NCBI RefSeq assembly: GCF_009834535.1
Contig: NC_045697.1
Location: 36,334,001 to 36,398,000, forward strand
DNA from: Camelus ferus
Lineage: Eukaryota
Reading direction: 5' to 3'
Length of the DNA stretch: 64,000 nt
Shown: piece by piece, positions 27,100-39,540 of the stretch
How the letters are laid out: every line of letters starts with the position of its first letter
How positions within the stretch are numbered: the first letter of the stretch is position 1
Notes under the pieces: generated by a model
Database searches by the model: none
Told to the model about the DNA's origin: nothing
What the model saw: only the letters and a program-made list of their open reading frames with translations
Translations under genes and position numbers: made by a program

Positions 27100-27293
27100 C
27101 ATCAGAACTCTAGATTTAGCAGATGTACAGCTTCGGACAATTTAATTTTTCTCTATTCCAGTTTCTTTATCTGAAAAATGGGATACTCACAGTACCTGTC
27201 TCATAGAATTACCCTGAAGATTAAGTAAGATAACTCATGTAAATACTTAGAAGAAGACCTGGCACATTGTAAGTGCTCAATAAATTTTAGTTA
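27100..27293 (+). mobile_element. MIR fragment
   Basis: CAGTTTCTTTATCTGAAAAATGGG...CCTGGCACATTGTAAGTGCTCAATAAAT. Confidence 0.75.
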
Positions 27294-28392
27294 TTTTCAC
27301 TTTTCTTATCATCCTTCATGTTCCTTAAAGTCCTCATATATTATCACCTAACACACTGAAAGTTACGATTTTTTTCATATTATGACTCTGTAACTTTTTT
27401 CCTTCTAGGCTCATCCACATTCTTTTACTTCCAAAATTTTGTTCTTCTAGTAACTTGACAGTTTTTTGGGGTTTTTTTGTACTCACAAGTAATTAGGAAC
27501 TTGGGCTAGGAATCTCAGCCAAGAAAAATTTCCTCATCTAGTAAAATGTACTCATAATTATTGGATACCTAACAGTAGATTATAAAAGAAATCTAACGTT
27601 TAAAATAGATAAACTTTTATAAGATTCCAGAAATAAATTCTTCCTATTCACCAGATTCAATATTCATATTTAAATATTTCCATATTAATAAAATTATGTA
27701 ATTTTAAAAACCAAAACACCAGATTCCTTTTCTCAAATCAAAACATTAGTTCTCTGACTTTTTAATCAAAAGAAAAAAGCCATTTAAAGCTTATATTCCT
27801 GCAGACCCATTCTTCTTAATACTGAAGACAAAGCCACATGTGAAAAAAAAAAAAGAGAAATGAGAAAAATGATGTATGTGATGCCCTGGTGAAGAAGGGG
27901 TAACACTGGTGTGACCAGACAATCAGCAGACCACTCTAAGGGTGAGGGGCTGGGATACAACACGTCCATCTGCTCAACTGATTTGTCAACATAGTCCTTC
28001 ATTCATCAATTCAAAACCAATAAAGATCTTTTATCCACAGGTGGGGAAAGGGGGTTAAGAAAACATAAGAGTAGGGAGGAGGAGTGGAATAGAATGAAGG
28101 GGAGGGAGTTCAGACCAATTTTGATAGTTCTAGATCAAATAACTAACAGAAGGACTCTATAAGCGAGGACTCTCCCGGGCTTCCCAAAGTTGAGCCTAAG
28201 AAAAGAGGTCATGGCTGAGCCCCGAGGGCATGGGTACAAATTCCTTCCCTACTCTTTCAACAGTTGACAAATGTCTTTAATACTTTTACTTCGATGCCAT
28301 GCTGGTTAGGTTGACCCACAATTCAGAGCAGGCTTAAATGAACTTCCTCAGAGCTGGCAGTCACTGCCTATCCCGGTGAAGCCGTAACTTAC

Positions 28393-28520
28393 CCATACTC
28401 ATCTTGATTGGCAGGTTTTCTCTGCTTGCTGCTTCCACTAGATGTCTCCGGACTTCCATCACTGCCTCTTTGTGCCTGGTGTTCAATAAAGCTTCCCACA
28501 GGGTTTTAGCTGCGGGGTCA
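28393..28520 (-). CDS. SCFD2: SCFD2 internal coding exon (probably exon 3), 128 nt
   Basis: Acceptor TTTTATTGCAG|T, donor TGG|GTAAGT. Encodes (H)DPAAKTLWEALLNTRHKEAVMEVRRHLVEAASRENLPIKMSM(G), in frame with both neighbouring exons. Not in the ORF track; found by reading the minus strand. Confidence 0.95.
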
Positions 28521-28832
28521 CTGCAATAAAACCACAAAAAGAGCTTCAGAGTACATTTCTACTAGATAATGAAAAGGATGGCAAGCAAAATAATTTCTTA
28601 AATTTATCTTTTTTGAGCATGAACGTAATCTTTCCTACTGACAGATTCTAAGTTATAGGGTTAAATAAAGAATAGCTAATCCACTTTAATCAGCACAAAA
28701 TATTAAGATATTAAGGAGACAATAAAATCAAGCCAAAAAAAGGGATAGGCAGAGGAGCTAAACAATGCTACGAGAAGTGTGGGAAAACTGTACAATAAAT
28801 TTTTTTGAGAATTTGCTTTTAAAAGTATTTCA

Positions 28833-29051
28833 TATACTGCATAGCACAAGGAACTGTACTTAATATCTCATAGTAACTTATAATGAAAAAGAACATGAAA
28901 AGAAATATATGTACGTACATGTATGACTGAAACATTATGCTGTGTACCAGAAATTGACACATTATAAACTATACTTCAATTTTTAAATAAAAGATTAAAA
29001 AAAAATTCTCATCAGAGAGAACACTGTTAGAAAAGAAAAAAAGAAAAGAAA
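28833..29051 (+). mobile_element. Short 5'-truncated L1 3' end with extra 3' segment
   Basis: L1 3'UTR (GTATGACTGAAACATTATGCTGT..CCAGAAATTGACACATT). Perfect 12-bp TSD AAAAGTATTTCA (28821-28832 / 29052-29063) at a TT/AAAA endonuclease site. Confidence 0.88.
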
Positions 29052-30604
29052 AAAAGTATTTCAGAATATGATTGAACATTGCTAGAGTAATATATAAATG
29101 TTATATAAGCCATAAATTAAATACACATCCGGAAATGATGTATCACTGATTAAAAGCATATGAGTCTTAGATAATATACTTGTCTGAGAAATACAAAGCA
29201 ACCTGCAATGAGAATTCCCATTCAAAAATTACTCAATAGAATTCCTAATGAGTAGGTTTCCTAGTGAATGAATATCAGGAATTAGGCTAAGTAACCATGG
29301 CCTTAAGTAGCCCACTTTGGGCCGTAGGTTGGAAGGAAGGCACTGCTGAAGCCTTTACAATTAACCGTTGATAACAGCACGAAGCACTGCATTATGCATG
29401 GTCTCATCTGGGCTCACTTCTCCAACAGCCCTCTGTCTCACGCAACATGCCACATCCCAGTTATCAATGAGTACAGTGTTCTTTCCGGAAGAGCTCTGCA
29501 TGGAGCCAAGTATACACATCTGTAGTGACGTTTTACAAACTGAGTATAAAGGAACAAAGATGACTTGTGTCCCTTTTTTAAGGATATTTTCCTCCACTTA
29601 AAGCCCCAGTAACATCTCCCACTATCCAGTTAGCGATAGTTTGAAAATCAATGCATTTTTAAACGTTTAGTCTTAAAAGTTGTATCTAACAAGATATTAA
29701 GTTTAGCTTTAAAATCAAACCTAATAAAGTATACCTTTAATGTTTGAATTTGATTTGGAATAATGGAATAATGTACTTCAGAATGAATTTAACGTCTGGC
29801 ACATAATAACCTTTCATTAGCTAAGTAGTTGTTTTTATTATAATCTATTTTTTCTGAGTTGAACTAACATCACTGCTCAACATATTTCACTTATTTTGAT
29901 CTGATCAAAACTGTCATCATTAATATGAAAATTAATATTTTAAGTTTAATTTAAGTGAGCATGTAAACTACATGCCAAGCTCTATTCTCAGTGGTTGGCA
30001 TATAGAAAAAAAAAAAAGGCACACGATTTCAATAATTTATTGTCTGGAAGAAGAGGCAAACATATAAGCAAAGAAATTAACAACAACAACAACAAATGTG
30101 TGGTAAGAGCATGGTCAATGCTAGCATAGATTTCTCTGATAGCCCAGAGGAGGGGCTCCAATCCTGGCTGGGAGGGGAGGGACCCAGAGAATGATCTCTA
30201 CTGGAAATGACGAGCAAGTACACAGATACCAAAGCAGCCAAGGGAAGAAGGTATAACTCAAACTAGGAAAGAGAATGGTAAGGAAAGTCTTCACAAAAGA
30301 TAGGAAATCTTAGTCACAAGACAAGAGGAAGAACATTTCAGAAGGTGCAAGGTCTAGGGACATAATACTAAGGAGCACTGTTTTGCTCCAGGCTAAGGTG
30401 CAAGGGGAAGGGCAGCAGAAGTGAGTGCCAAAGAGAAGGTGGAAGCTACTCTAGGAGGGCCCTGCATTCCTTGCCAAGGCTCATAGTCTTGGGTCTGCAG
30501 GCGATGGGAAGCCAGAGAGGGTGTGATTGATTTCACATTCTCAGAAGGGTAGCACAGCTCAGCAGTCACAAACAAAGTCTTTATCATCTTTCAAAACTAG
30601 GTCT

Positions 30605-30990
30605 GCATTTCTATGGGGAATCTAAAAAATAATACAAATAAGTCTATTTATACAACAGACACAGACTCATGGACATAGCAAACAAATTTATGGTTACCAA
30701 AGGGGAAAGGGAAAGGAGGGAGGAATAAATTAGGAGCATGAGATTAACAGATACATATTACTATTACTTAGTACTCATGTATAATTACACATATATTACT
30801 ACTATATATAAAATAGATATGCAACAAGGAGTTGCTGTGTAACATGGGGATCAATATTCAATATCTTGTAATAACCTATGAGGAAAATAACCTGAAAATA
30901 TATATATATAACTGAATCACTTTGCCATACACCTGAAACTAACACAGTAGTGTATATCAATTATACTACAATATAAAATGAATTTTCTTA
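30605..30990 (+). mobile_element. 5'-truncated L1 3'UTR (older subfamily)
   Basis: GGAATCTAAAAAA...ATGGTTACCAAAGGGGAAAGG...AACTGAATCACTTTGCCATACACCTGAAACTAACAC. TSD AAAAC(T/A)AGGTCT (30593-30604 / 30991-31002). Confidence 0.85.
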
Positions 30991-31374
30991 AAAACAAGGT
31001 CTATTTGCTATGGGGCTTTAGGAGAGTTACTTAATTTCTATAAGGCTTTGAAGGCAATGGAGAACCACCAAAGAATTGTGAGCAGGGGAGTTACACTCCT
31101 CCCAATTTCCCAAATTTATGATCCACAATCATTCCCTACTTTTATCTCCAAAGCGCCCCAAACCACGGGGACTTCTCCTATACTCTCAATTCTACACACA
31201 GAACCTCTAAAGTAGAACTTTACTGCCCTCCTCTTTCCCATGAGGATAACACAGAGTGACTCCAAGATCACAGCAGGTCAGGTAATGCTGTGGTTGCCCC
31301 ATCAGATTAGTGTAATGGTTAAAATGTGGGCTCTGGGGTCAGATAAATCTGGGCTCAAACTCCAACCATTCTCC

Positions 31375-31797
31375 CTTCACCACAGCAGCGACCTGGCCTC
31401 TCCAATCCTCTTTGGGCACTCCAAGCACAGGGACCTCTTGCCTTCCTTTACCAGGAATGCTCTTCCTACAAATATCCCTCTCTCTCTTCAGGTGTCTGCT
31501 GACATGTCATTTTATCCAGGAGGTCCCTTCTTACTACCCATGTAAAAGTGATGACAGCCCATCTCAGCACCTTATCCTAGCACACCCTTTCCCCCTTATG
31601 GGGTGTTACTGTCCTGAATAATCCTCATTACCATCTGATTTATTTTGTTTCCATGTTTATCTGTTTGTTGTCTAACTCCCTCATAGAAGGTAAGGTCCTT
31701 CTACGAAAGCAGAGACTTCTTTTTTAATACTCATTGCTAATTCCCCACTACCTACAACAGTGCCAGGCCCATTATACTCAAGAAATATTGAATGAAC
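31375..31797 (+). mobile_element. L2 (L2a-like) 3' end, flanked by MIR pieces (about 31310-31365 and 31805-31965)
   Basis: CCAGGAATGCTCTTCC...TAGAAGGTAAGGTCC...ACCTACAACAGTGCCAGGC...ATATTGAATGAA (L2 tail). Confidence 0.65.
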
Positions 31798-32829
31798 AAT
31801 GTTCATTAGTTCTGTAACCTCATGCATGTAACCAATCCTCTCTTTTCCTCTATTTCCTCATCTGTGAGATGGAAGTAACGTAGTGACCACCTCACAGGGT
31901 GGTCATGAGGGTTAAATAAAACGATGCTTATTATACATAAAGCACTTTCTCAATTCACTGTAAATATGAGCAGTTGTATGGTTGCTGTTCTGGTTGTTAC
32001 TATCATTACTACTGCTATGGAAGAGACTGGCTCAAAATTTAATATGTTCAAGGGCTGGTAATTTATTAAATAAACCCACTTAATTACATTGAGTAATTTT
32101 TCATATAATCCTGACTTGTGCACCAATACCGAAGTCACGTGGGGCTTGTACTCTCTGCCTCTTTTCTATTAAAACATTTAGAAGAAATACATAGCTTCTA
32201 TGGTGTCTAACACTGATGCAGAACCAGGTCATGAAAATTGTTTTGTTGATATAAACAATTCTGAATGTCTAGATGTGACAGTTGCTAATGTCCACTTTCC
32301 ATCCCAGTTTCCTAAACACACCATACCCTACATCACACATGGTCATTTTAAGTTTACCAAGCTAACATTCATGAACTAATTCTGGTTCTCTGAATAACCA
32401 GCACTGAAGAAGATCAAAGTTGTACTAACTGGCAGAACTGGCAGCAGAGCTGTGTCCTGCGCCCACTTCCTCACCAAGTCACTCTTACTGCTGCTTGGTG
32501 TTTTACACACGCACTCCTCTATCAGCATCTGAGCCGAGTACAGGAGTTAATTGCTGCCTTTCTCTAATACGCTTATAAAAGTTGATCCAATAGACATTTC
32601 ACACTACTGAAGTCTCACATGACGTCAATTCCTGATATCCAATTTTGTAAGTCAAGAAAAATGTCATTGAAATCCACACTAGAATCATGATAGTGTATTT
32701 TACATAATTCTTTACCCTCTCCAACTGTACAAACTCTCAGTTTTCCTAATGAGGGAATAAGCAGTGCACAGAGGGCTATCACAACAGGGCCAGTGTCGTG
32801 GACTAGTGGTCGTAGCAGTGTAGACTGGG

Positions 32830-33045
32830 AGAAGCATGGGTTCTGGAACCCAGCAATGAAGGTTCTGGTTGTGCCACTTGCTGGCTCTGTGTCCCTGGGG
32901 AGAGTTACTTAGCCTCTCAATACACGTTTCCTCCTCTGTTATCTGGGGATGGTAACAGGACATATTCAGTGTATTGTTATGAGAAGTGAATGTGCTCGTA
33001 AATCTAGAGCACCTAGAACAATCTTGGCACATAAGTGCCCAATCA
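32830..33045 (+). mobile_element. MIR fragment
   Basis: GCCACTTGCTGGCTCTGTGTCCCTGGGGAGAGTTACTTAGCCTCTC...TTTCCTCCTCTG...TGGCACATAAGTGCCCAAT. Confidence 0.75.
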
Positions 33046-34045
33046 GCATGGCAGTAGTGGCAGCAGTAGTATTAGTAATAAAAAAATCAATGGTCAGAAT
33101 CTTCTCATAAGATATAGAGGGAAGGCTGTTTTAGAAGTACATTAGTCTCTTCCATGTACTTACATGCACATATGGATAACCGCTGTCAGTAGCTTCATTT
33201 TTTGGTAGGAAAAGGTCAACAATATATAATGCAGAATTCATTATGAAATACATGGGAAACTCTAACTCAAGCAATCCCTCGATATATGATGGTTTGATGT
33301 AAAGAATTTTGATTTTCAGGAATAAAATAAGAGGCTTTGCTACAGATTAGAGACTCAAAGCTATGGGGAGCTGAAGTCTTCATACAAAGATTTTTAAGAA
33401 ATGACTTTGATGCTAGCTGCTTACTTCATCAATTTAACAATATTGAAATTCTGGTTTTTTTAAAACTACAATTGTTACTTTTATGAAGAGTTCAGGTGCT
33501 AAGTTTCCAGACTGCCTTATAAAGTGGAGGTACAACTTCTGGGTAGAAGTGAACATCAGAAGTAATGTTAGTCATCTTTACGTCTTCAGCAGGATACCAC
33601 CTAACCCAACACAAACAGATGAAAATCTATTTCTAGTTTTGAAGGCATCTGAAGAGAATTTTATAGTATGCTTGAGAAAAACGCTATGGTCTCAAACAAG
33701 TCAAACTGCTTTTAGATACTATTTACACCTAATCTAAACCCTTTGTGCTCTACTGTAAACCAACTTTGTCTTGCTTAGTCTTTTCTATTAAATTCTGGAA
33801 CAGCTGAACATCTTTTTAATAATTGGGCCCACCCAAAACCAGTTTATTTCTTTTCTTCATGGCCAACTTAAGGAAGAGTTTTTAAAAGGTAAATGAAATG
33901 TAATATTAAAAAATACTCTTGAATAATATCCCTACATTCCATTCTGGAAACATTTCAGAATTTACAAAATAATTTCTTAGATCTCACATGATTCTCACCT
34001 CATGAGCTAAGCCACTATCACTGCCTCAATTTAAAGAGCCTCAGA

Positions 34046-35550
34046 AGTACACTAATATTCGCACTATAGGGGTCCCAAAAAGAGAAGAGAGAGAGAAATA
34101 ACCTAAGAAAATTTTTGAAAAGATAATTACTGAAAACTTCCCCAACTTAGGAAAGGAAATAGTCACCCAAGTCCAAGAAGCGCAGAGAGTTCCACACAGG
34201 ATTAACCCAAAGAGGAACACACGTAGGCACGTAGTCATCAAATTGACAATTAACGATAAGGAGAAAATATTAAAATTAGCAAGAGAAAAACAACAAATAA
34301 CATACAAGGGAACTCACGTAAGGTTATCAGTTGATTTTTCAGCAGAAACTCTGCAGGCCAGAAGGGAGTGGCACAATATATTTAAAGTGATGAAAGGGAA
34401 AAACCTACAACCAGAAATACTCTATCCAGCAAGGCTTTCATTCAGATTTGATGGAGAGATCAAAAGCTTCAAAGATAAACAAAAGCTAGAAGAATTCAGC
34501 ACCACCAAACCAGCTTTACAACAAATGTTAAAGGAACTTCTCTAGTCATCAAACCATAAGAAAAGAGAACAAAAAGAATAAAAAGAAGAAGAAGAAGAAA
34601 AAAACCTACAAAAGATTGCTTTGGCAGTTCAGTGTCTTTTATGATTCTATATAAATTTTGGAATTGTTTTTTCTAGTTCTGTGAAAAATGTTGTGAGTAC
34701 TTTGACACAGGAGTTGCTTTGGATCTGTAGATTGATTGGGTAGTATGGCCATTTGATAATGTTGATTCTTCCAATCGAAGAGCACAAGATATCTTTCCAT
34801 TTCTTTGTATCATCTTCAATTTCCTTCATCAATGTTTTACAGTTTTCAGAATATAGGTAACCTCCTTGGTTAAGTTTATTTCTAGGTATTTTGTTGTTTT
34901 TGATGCAATGGAAACGTTTATGCCAGTTATAAAATTCTGGTTTTTGAAGTGGAAAAAAAAAGTGAATGAAAAGCTGCAAATGGCAAAATATCCTTCTTTC
35001 TTATGGGTGAGTTGTATTCCATTACATATACTGCATCTTCTTTATCTATTCATCTATTGATGTGCACTTACGATGTTTCCATATCTTGGCAATTATAAAT
35101 AATGTTGCTGTTAATAGCAGGGTGTATGTTATCTTTTTGAATTAATTCTTCTTTTGTGGTTGGCTTTATTCCTTTGATAACTATGTAAGTTTAAAAAGCT
35201 AAAGCTCTAAACGTTCTTAGAAACAATGAACAGTACATATATGTAAATTTTTAAAATATATGCAGTATATTGTGTGTATGTATTTACATTCAATGCATTG
35301 TATATGTGCAGTCAAGTTATAACAATTTTACCTAATAAAACTGAAAAATGAAAAAAAAGGGGAAAAAATAATCTAGCCAAGTTGGGGAGTTGCAGGTAAA
35401 ATAGGTTGGCCATAAATTGATCACTACTGAATCTGAGTGATGGCTCTCTGGGGGGAGCTATTATAATATTCTCTATTCTTCTGTATAATTTTGAAATTTT
35501 CCATGATAAAGATTTTTGTAAATGCTGCATTTGAGTATTTAAAAAAAAAA
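34046..35550 (+). mobile_element. Composite retro-insertion (L1 sense piece, inverted L1 pieces, local genomic copy, old L1M 3' ends, polyA)
   Basis: Perfect 13-bp TSD AAAGAGCCTCAGA (34033-34045 / 35551-35563), TT/AAAG target site, polyA from 35541. L1 ORF1 C-terminus (+) to the stop at 34545; antisense ORF2 pieces at ~34614-34910 and ~34972-35147. Confidence 0.85.
35174..35251 (+). repeat. 78-bp copy of 4208-4286 inside the composite insertion
   Basis: Direct sequence match with one indel. Confidence 0.95.
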
Positions 35551-38149
35551 AAAGAGCCTCAGAGAAGCCAACTGAGTTACTTAACTACCTTCAATCTATA
35601 AATGGCAAAACCAGGACCCAAGCAACCAGTTTCTGAGCCAGCAATCTTTCTACTATACCATGCCATGCTTATACAATGCAAATCATCAAGGCAAACCCAT
35701 GATGTAGAATATCAATTATTTTAAACTTTTCATGTTAGTTTTCTTTTCAAATCTTTATACATCCTCTATTCCCTCTTTAAATTCACATGTGGGCCTATAA
35801 AGAACAGAATGAAACAGAGTGAAGAGTAAAGTAGATCCACATTAACTCAAGATGCAGGTAAAGTTTCCTCTTAGGATTTTGCCCAGTTTTTGTTTTAAAA
35901 AATATCATACTATACCCCTTGGAGGTCATCGTTAGTCACTGACAGTCCCCTGTGATACAATGCCAATCATGTCCCACTTTTATTCAAGTTTCTTCTTTAA
36001 ATGTTTCTAAAAAGATTTTGCTGAATTTTAAATCATTCTATACATATTTATATAACTGAAAAGACAAAAAACTAAAGTCTAAATTACCCTGAGGTATTAT
36101 TAACTCTTATTTGATGTTCATTATATCCTCGGGAAAGAAAGAAGGAGAAATGGCCTCTAGCTATTTTATGACTGATAAAACTGAGACAAAATGAAGCCCT
36201 TTGCCTAACATCTGATTATTAATAAAAAGGAGGGCAAGGTTTAGAGTTTAGAACTAACATTCAAAGTGCCATAGGCTGTTTCTGTGACCTTGGGTAATTC
36301 AGTTCATCTTTCTGGGGCTTTACATCTCCTTATAAATATCATTAATGTTATTATTTTCATTTATTGAGAACTCATTGTCATAGGCAATATGACTATATTA
36401 TCTCATTGAAGAACAACCCTCCAGGATAAGCATCATTGACCCACTTCAAAAGTGAGAAAGCTGATTCTTAAAGAGATGAAATAATTTGCCCAAATCACAT
36501 AGCTAATAAATGAAGATTTGAACCCAGGTCCCTGTGAACTCCAAAATCCCACTATGAAACCATGATTCCACACTATTCTGCAAAATAAAAGGCTCAAACG
36601 AGAATGCTAATTTCTGAGGTTCCTTGGGTCCCTAACAAGCTATATTCATGGTTTCCTTTATGCCCTAGTTCTCCAAGTTCACGTGGATGAATCTGATTAA
36701 TTTTGCAACACTCAATGAACGATAGTCATCCTATGCTGTTACTTCTTTTATTAAAATCCTTTTTATTTTTCACAAGTCCAGTGATAGTAATAAAGAGTTA
36801 ACAAAAGAACAGTCCCAACAGCTTACAGAATATTTTAAACAATTTTCTACCCTTTCCTGTTTTTAAAGTCAAATTTTCCAATGAGATAAACTTCATTTAA
36901 CTGTAGCTACTGGAACACAATTTTATTTGTTTCCTTGAAAGACATAAAAGTAGAATATTTGTCCTATGAAAAGATCCATTTTATCACTATGAGATGTAAT
37001 TAGTTTCTGTATTATCAGTAATCACATAAAATGTCAAATACATATTAAATGAATGTCCTTTTTTGATAAAGTGATTATCTTGTATCCTTAAAAATCAAAC
37101 TTTTATGACAAATTGTCATCTATGAAGAAAACTGCAGGCCAGCAATATACATATAATAATAACCTGCTAGAATTAGCTTTTTTAAGTCTCAGGAGACTTC
37201 TATACCTGAAGATATGGTCTTTCAGTTAATTCCTGGCTCTTTATTCACTAGAATTACTCAACTGTGAGTGAAATCTTAGAAGCTGCCTTGGTTTGGCACA
37301 TATGAAATGTCAAATGCAGTCTGCTAGAAACTAACAGGAAATATTCATCACCAAATGAAATATAAAAAAGACAACATTAATTTTTAAAAGATGGCTAAAT
37401 GTTGAATCATGGTGCTGCTTCAATCAAGTGGAAGGCATACAATTAAGAGTCTGAGGGTGCGATGTGAATGCATACCATTATCTTGTGACTTAAGTCAGAG
37501 AAACGGTTTCTCTGTGGCTTGTACCGGAAGCTAAGCTTACTCACACGGTTTGCAATAGCAGTTACAGTATTCCAACAAAAATACAATGATAACAAAAAAT
37601 AAATAAATAAACATTTTCAACTAATTTCAAACAGAGAGCAAGCTGACTCATAGGTTTTCACAGCAGGGAATAATGACTCCCATCAGTGGTGAGCTTAATG
37701 AGCTATGAAGGTAGGTTTGTTAATTGAACTATTCACCCAGGTTTCAACAGTCATCTTTCCTCTCGACAACTTTTTCAAACAATTACCTCATCTTAAACAA
37801 AATTATCCATTAACCTTCATCTCAATAGAGGAGAAAGCAGCTAAACACAGAAGGATATTGAAGTAGACCCCTGGCGCTGGAAAGCAGTTCTTTGTTGCTC
37901 CTGTCTTTCAGAATCTGAGCACTTCCTGTGGGCCGGGTGCTCACTGAGGTGCTGCAGGCACAGCTGTGAGCAGCTCCAGTGCCCTGTGCTCCCCGAGCCA
38001 GCAATCTAGCAAGGAAGCTGGAACTGAGCATGCGCTTACAGGAGTGACAAAAGCAGAGACAGGAGGCTCTGGGAGAGGAGAGCGCCTGACCTGGTCTCGG
38101 TGTGAGGGTGGAGGTCACAGGTAGCTGAGGATTTGACAGTGAGACTGGA

Positions 38150-39540
38150 AAAAAGGGCAGGAATGAGCCAGTAAAAGAATGGAGTAAAAGCTGTCTAGAT
38201 CAGAGTAGCATCGTAGGTGGGGGTTCTGAAAAGAGAACTTCAGACATTTGCAAGGAAATTACAAAGTATGAGTGGAGCATGAAGATCTACTTTGACACTG
38301 CCCTCATCTTATGTCCAATTATCCAAGGCCTGGTAACCCATATCAGGGATTGTAGACTTTTTTTTCAAGGGCAACAGACTGATCTGATCAGATTTGCATT
38401 ACTGAAAAATGACCCTGACCTCATTGTAGACAGTAGATCCAAGGACTGGGTGAGAATCTACTGCATAGTCCAAGCAAGAACTGATGGCTTAGACTAGATT
38501 GATTCCATAAAGCTGGCAGATCATATCATTCTTATGCTCAAAACCCTTCCATGCTTCCTGCTACTATTACACTAAGTTCCTTATTTTGGCCAACAAGCTT
38601 ATACACTTTGATGCATTCCTGTAACTACAACTTCACCTCTCAACATCTCAGCTTTATCCATTAGGCCCCAGACCTACTGGCCTGATTTCAGCCCCTTGAA
38701 TGGGTCAAAGTATGTTCCCAACTCAGGGCCTTTATATTTGCTATTCCCTTTGCCTACATCCCTCTTCCTCCAGATGTTCACTGACTAGGGCTCATTCATT
38801 CAACAAATATTTATTGAGCACCTACCAAATGCCAGTTCTGTTCTAGGTTTCCCTCCTTGACCACTACAGCTAACGTGGTATTTCTTATTCCAAATGCCAG
38901 TTGCCCCATCTCATTGTATTTATAACATTTGTCATTAACTCAAATTAGGTTTTATTAAATAGAATTTATTTTAGTGAATTCGGAGGGAAGTGATCACAAG
39001 GCATTAAGGACAGAAATAGTCTGGCTTTATCAGAATGTCAGTATCCTGGGCCCATTGGTAGCAGTGCCCTCAGGCCCTCAGCACCCCATGGGCCATGGAC
39101 TGTGCCAGGCACTGGAGGTGTAACAGCACACAAGGGTGACGAAGTCAGGCACAAACCTTCCCTCAGCTAGCCTCCAAAGTCTAGTTGGAGAAAACAGATA
39201 CTAAACTAGTAGTTATGAGATAATGTACTATAAGCTGTTATAGGAAATACAAGGTATGATCTACAGAAGCAAAGATCAGACAGGAAGCAGGGAGACGGAA
39301 AGAGTAACATGTTGGATGGCCAAAAGGTAGGAAAGTAGAACACTGAAGACCTGGAAGGAGTTTGATATAGCTGCAGCCAAGAGTGTGAGCATACAGGAGG
39401 GAAGGGAAGGAGGTGACAGGAAAAGATGGAGAAGATGAAAAAATAAGCAAGGAGCAGATCTAGAAAGGCTTTCCAAAACAAGTTAAAGTTTTAGTCTTTA
39501 TTCGAAGAGCAACAGAGAGCAATCAAAGGATTTCATCAGA
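38150..39540. mobile_element. Cluster of L2 fragments in both orientations
   Basis: L2 motifs: CATTCATTCAACAAATATTTATTGAGCACCTAC (~38792); CTCAAAACCCTTCCATGCTTCC; CTCAGGGCCTTTATATTTGCTATTCCC; TAGTCCAAGCAAGAACTGATGGCTTAGACTAG. Confidence 0.6.

Noticed and set aside
29361..29601. Overlapping 78/77-aa ORFs near the middle exon as an alternative exon
   Set aside because: Non-ATG starts, no convincing splice-site pair and no recognisable homology.
5202..35563. Two separate insertions have TSDs sharing AAAGAGCCTC (5205-5214 and 34033-34042), suggesting site-specific targeting
   Set aside because: Only two cases, partly explained by the A-rich endonuclease preference. The other TSDs in the window do not share it.
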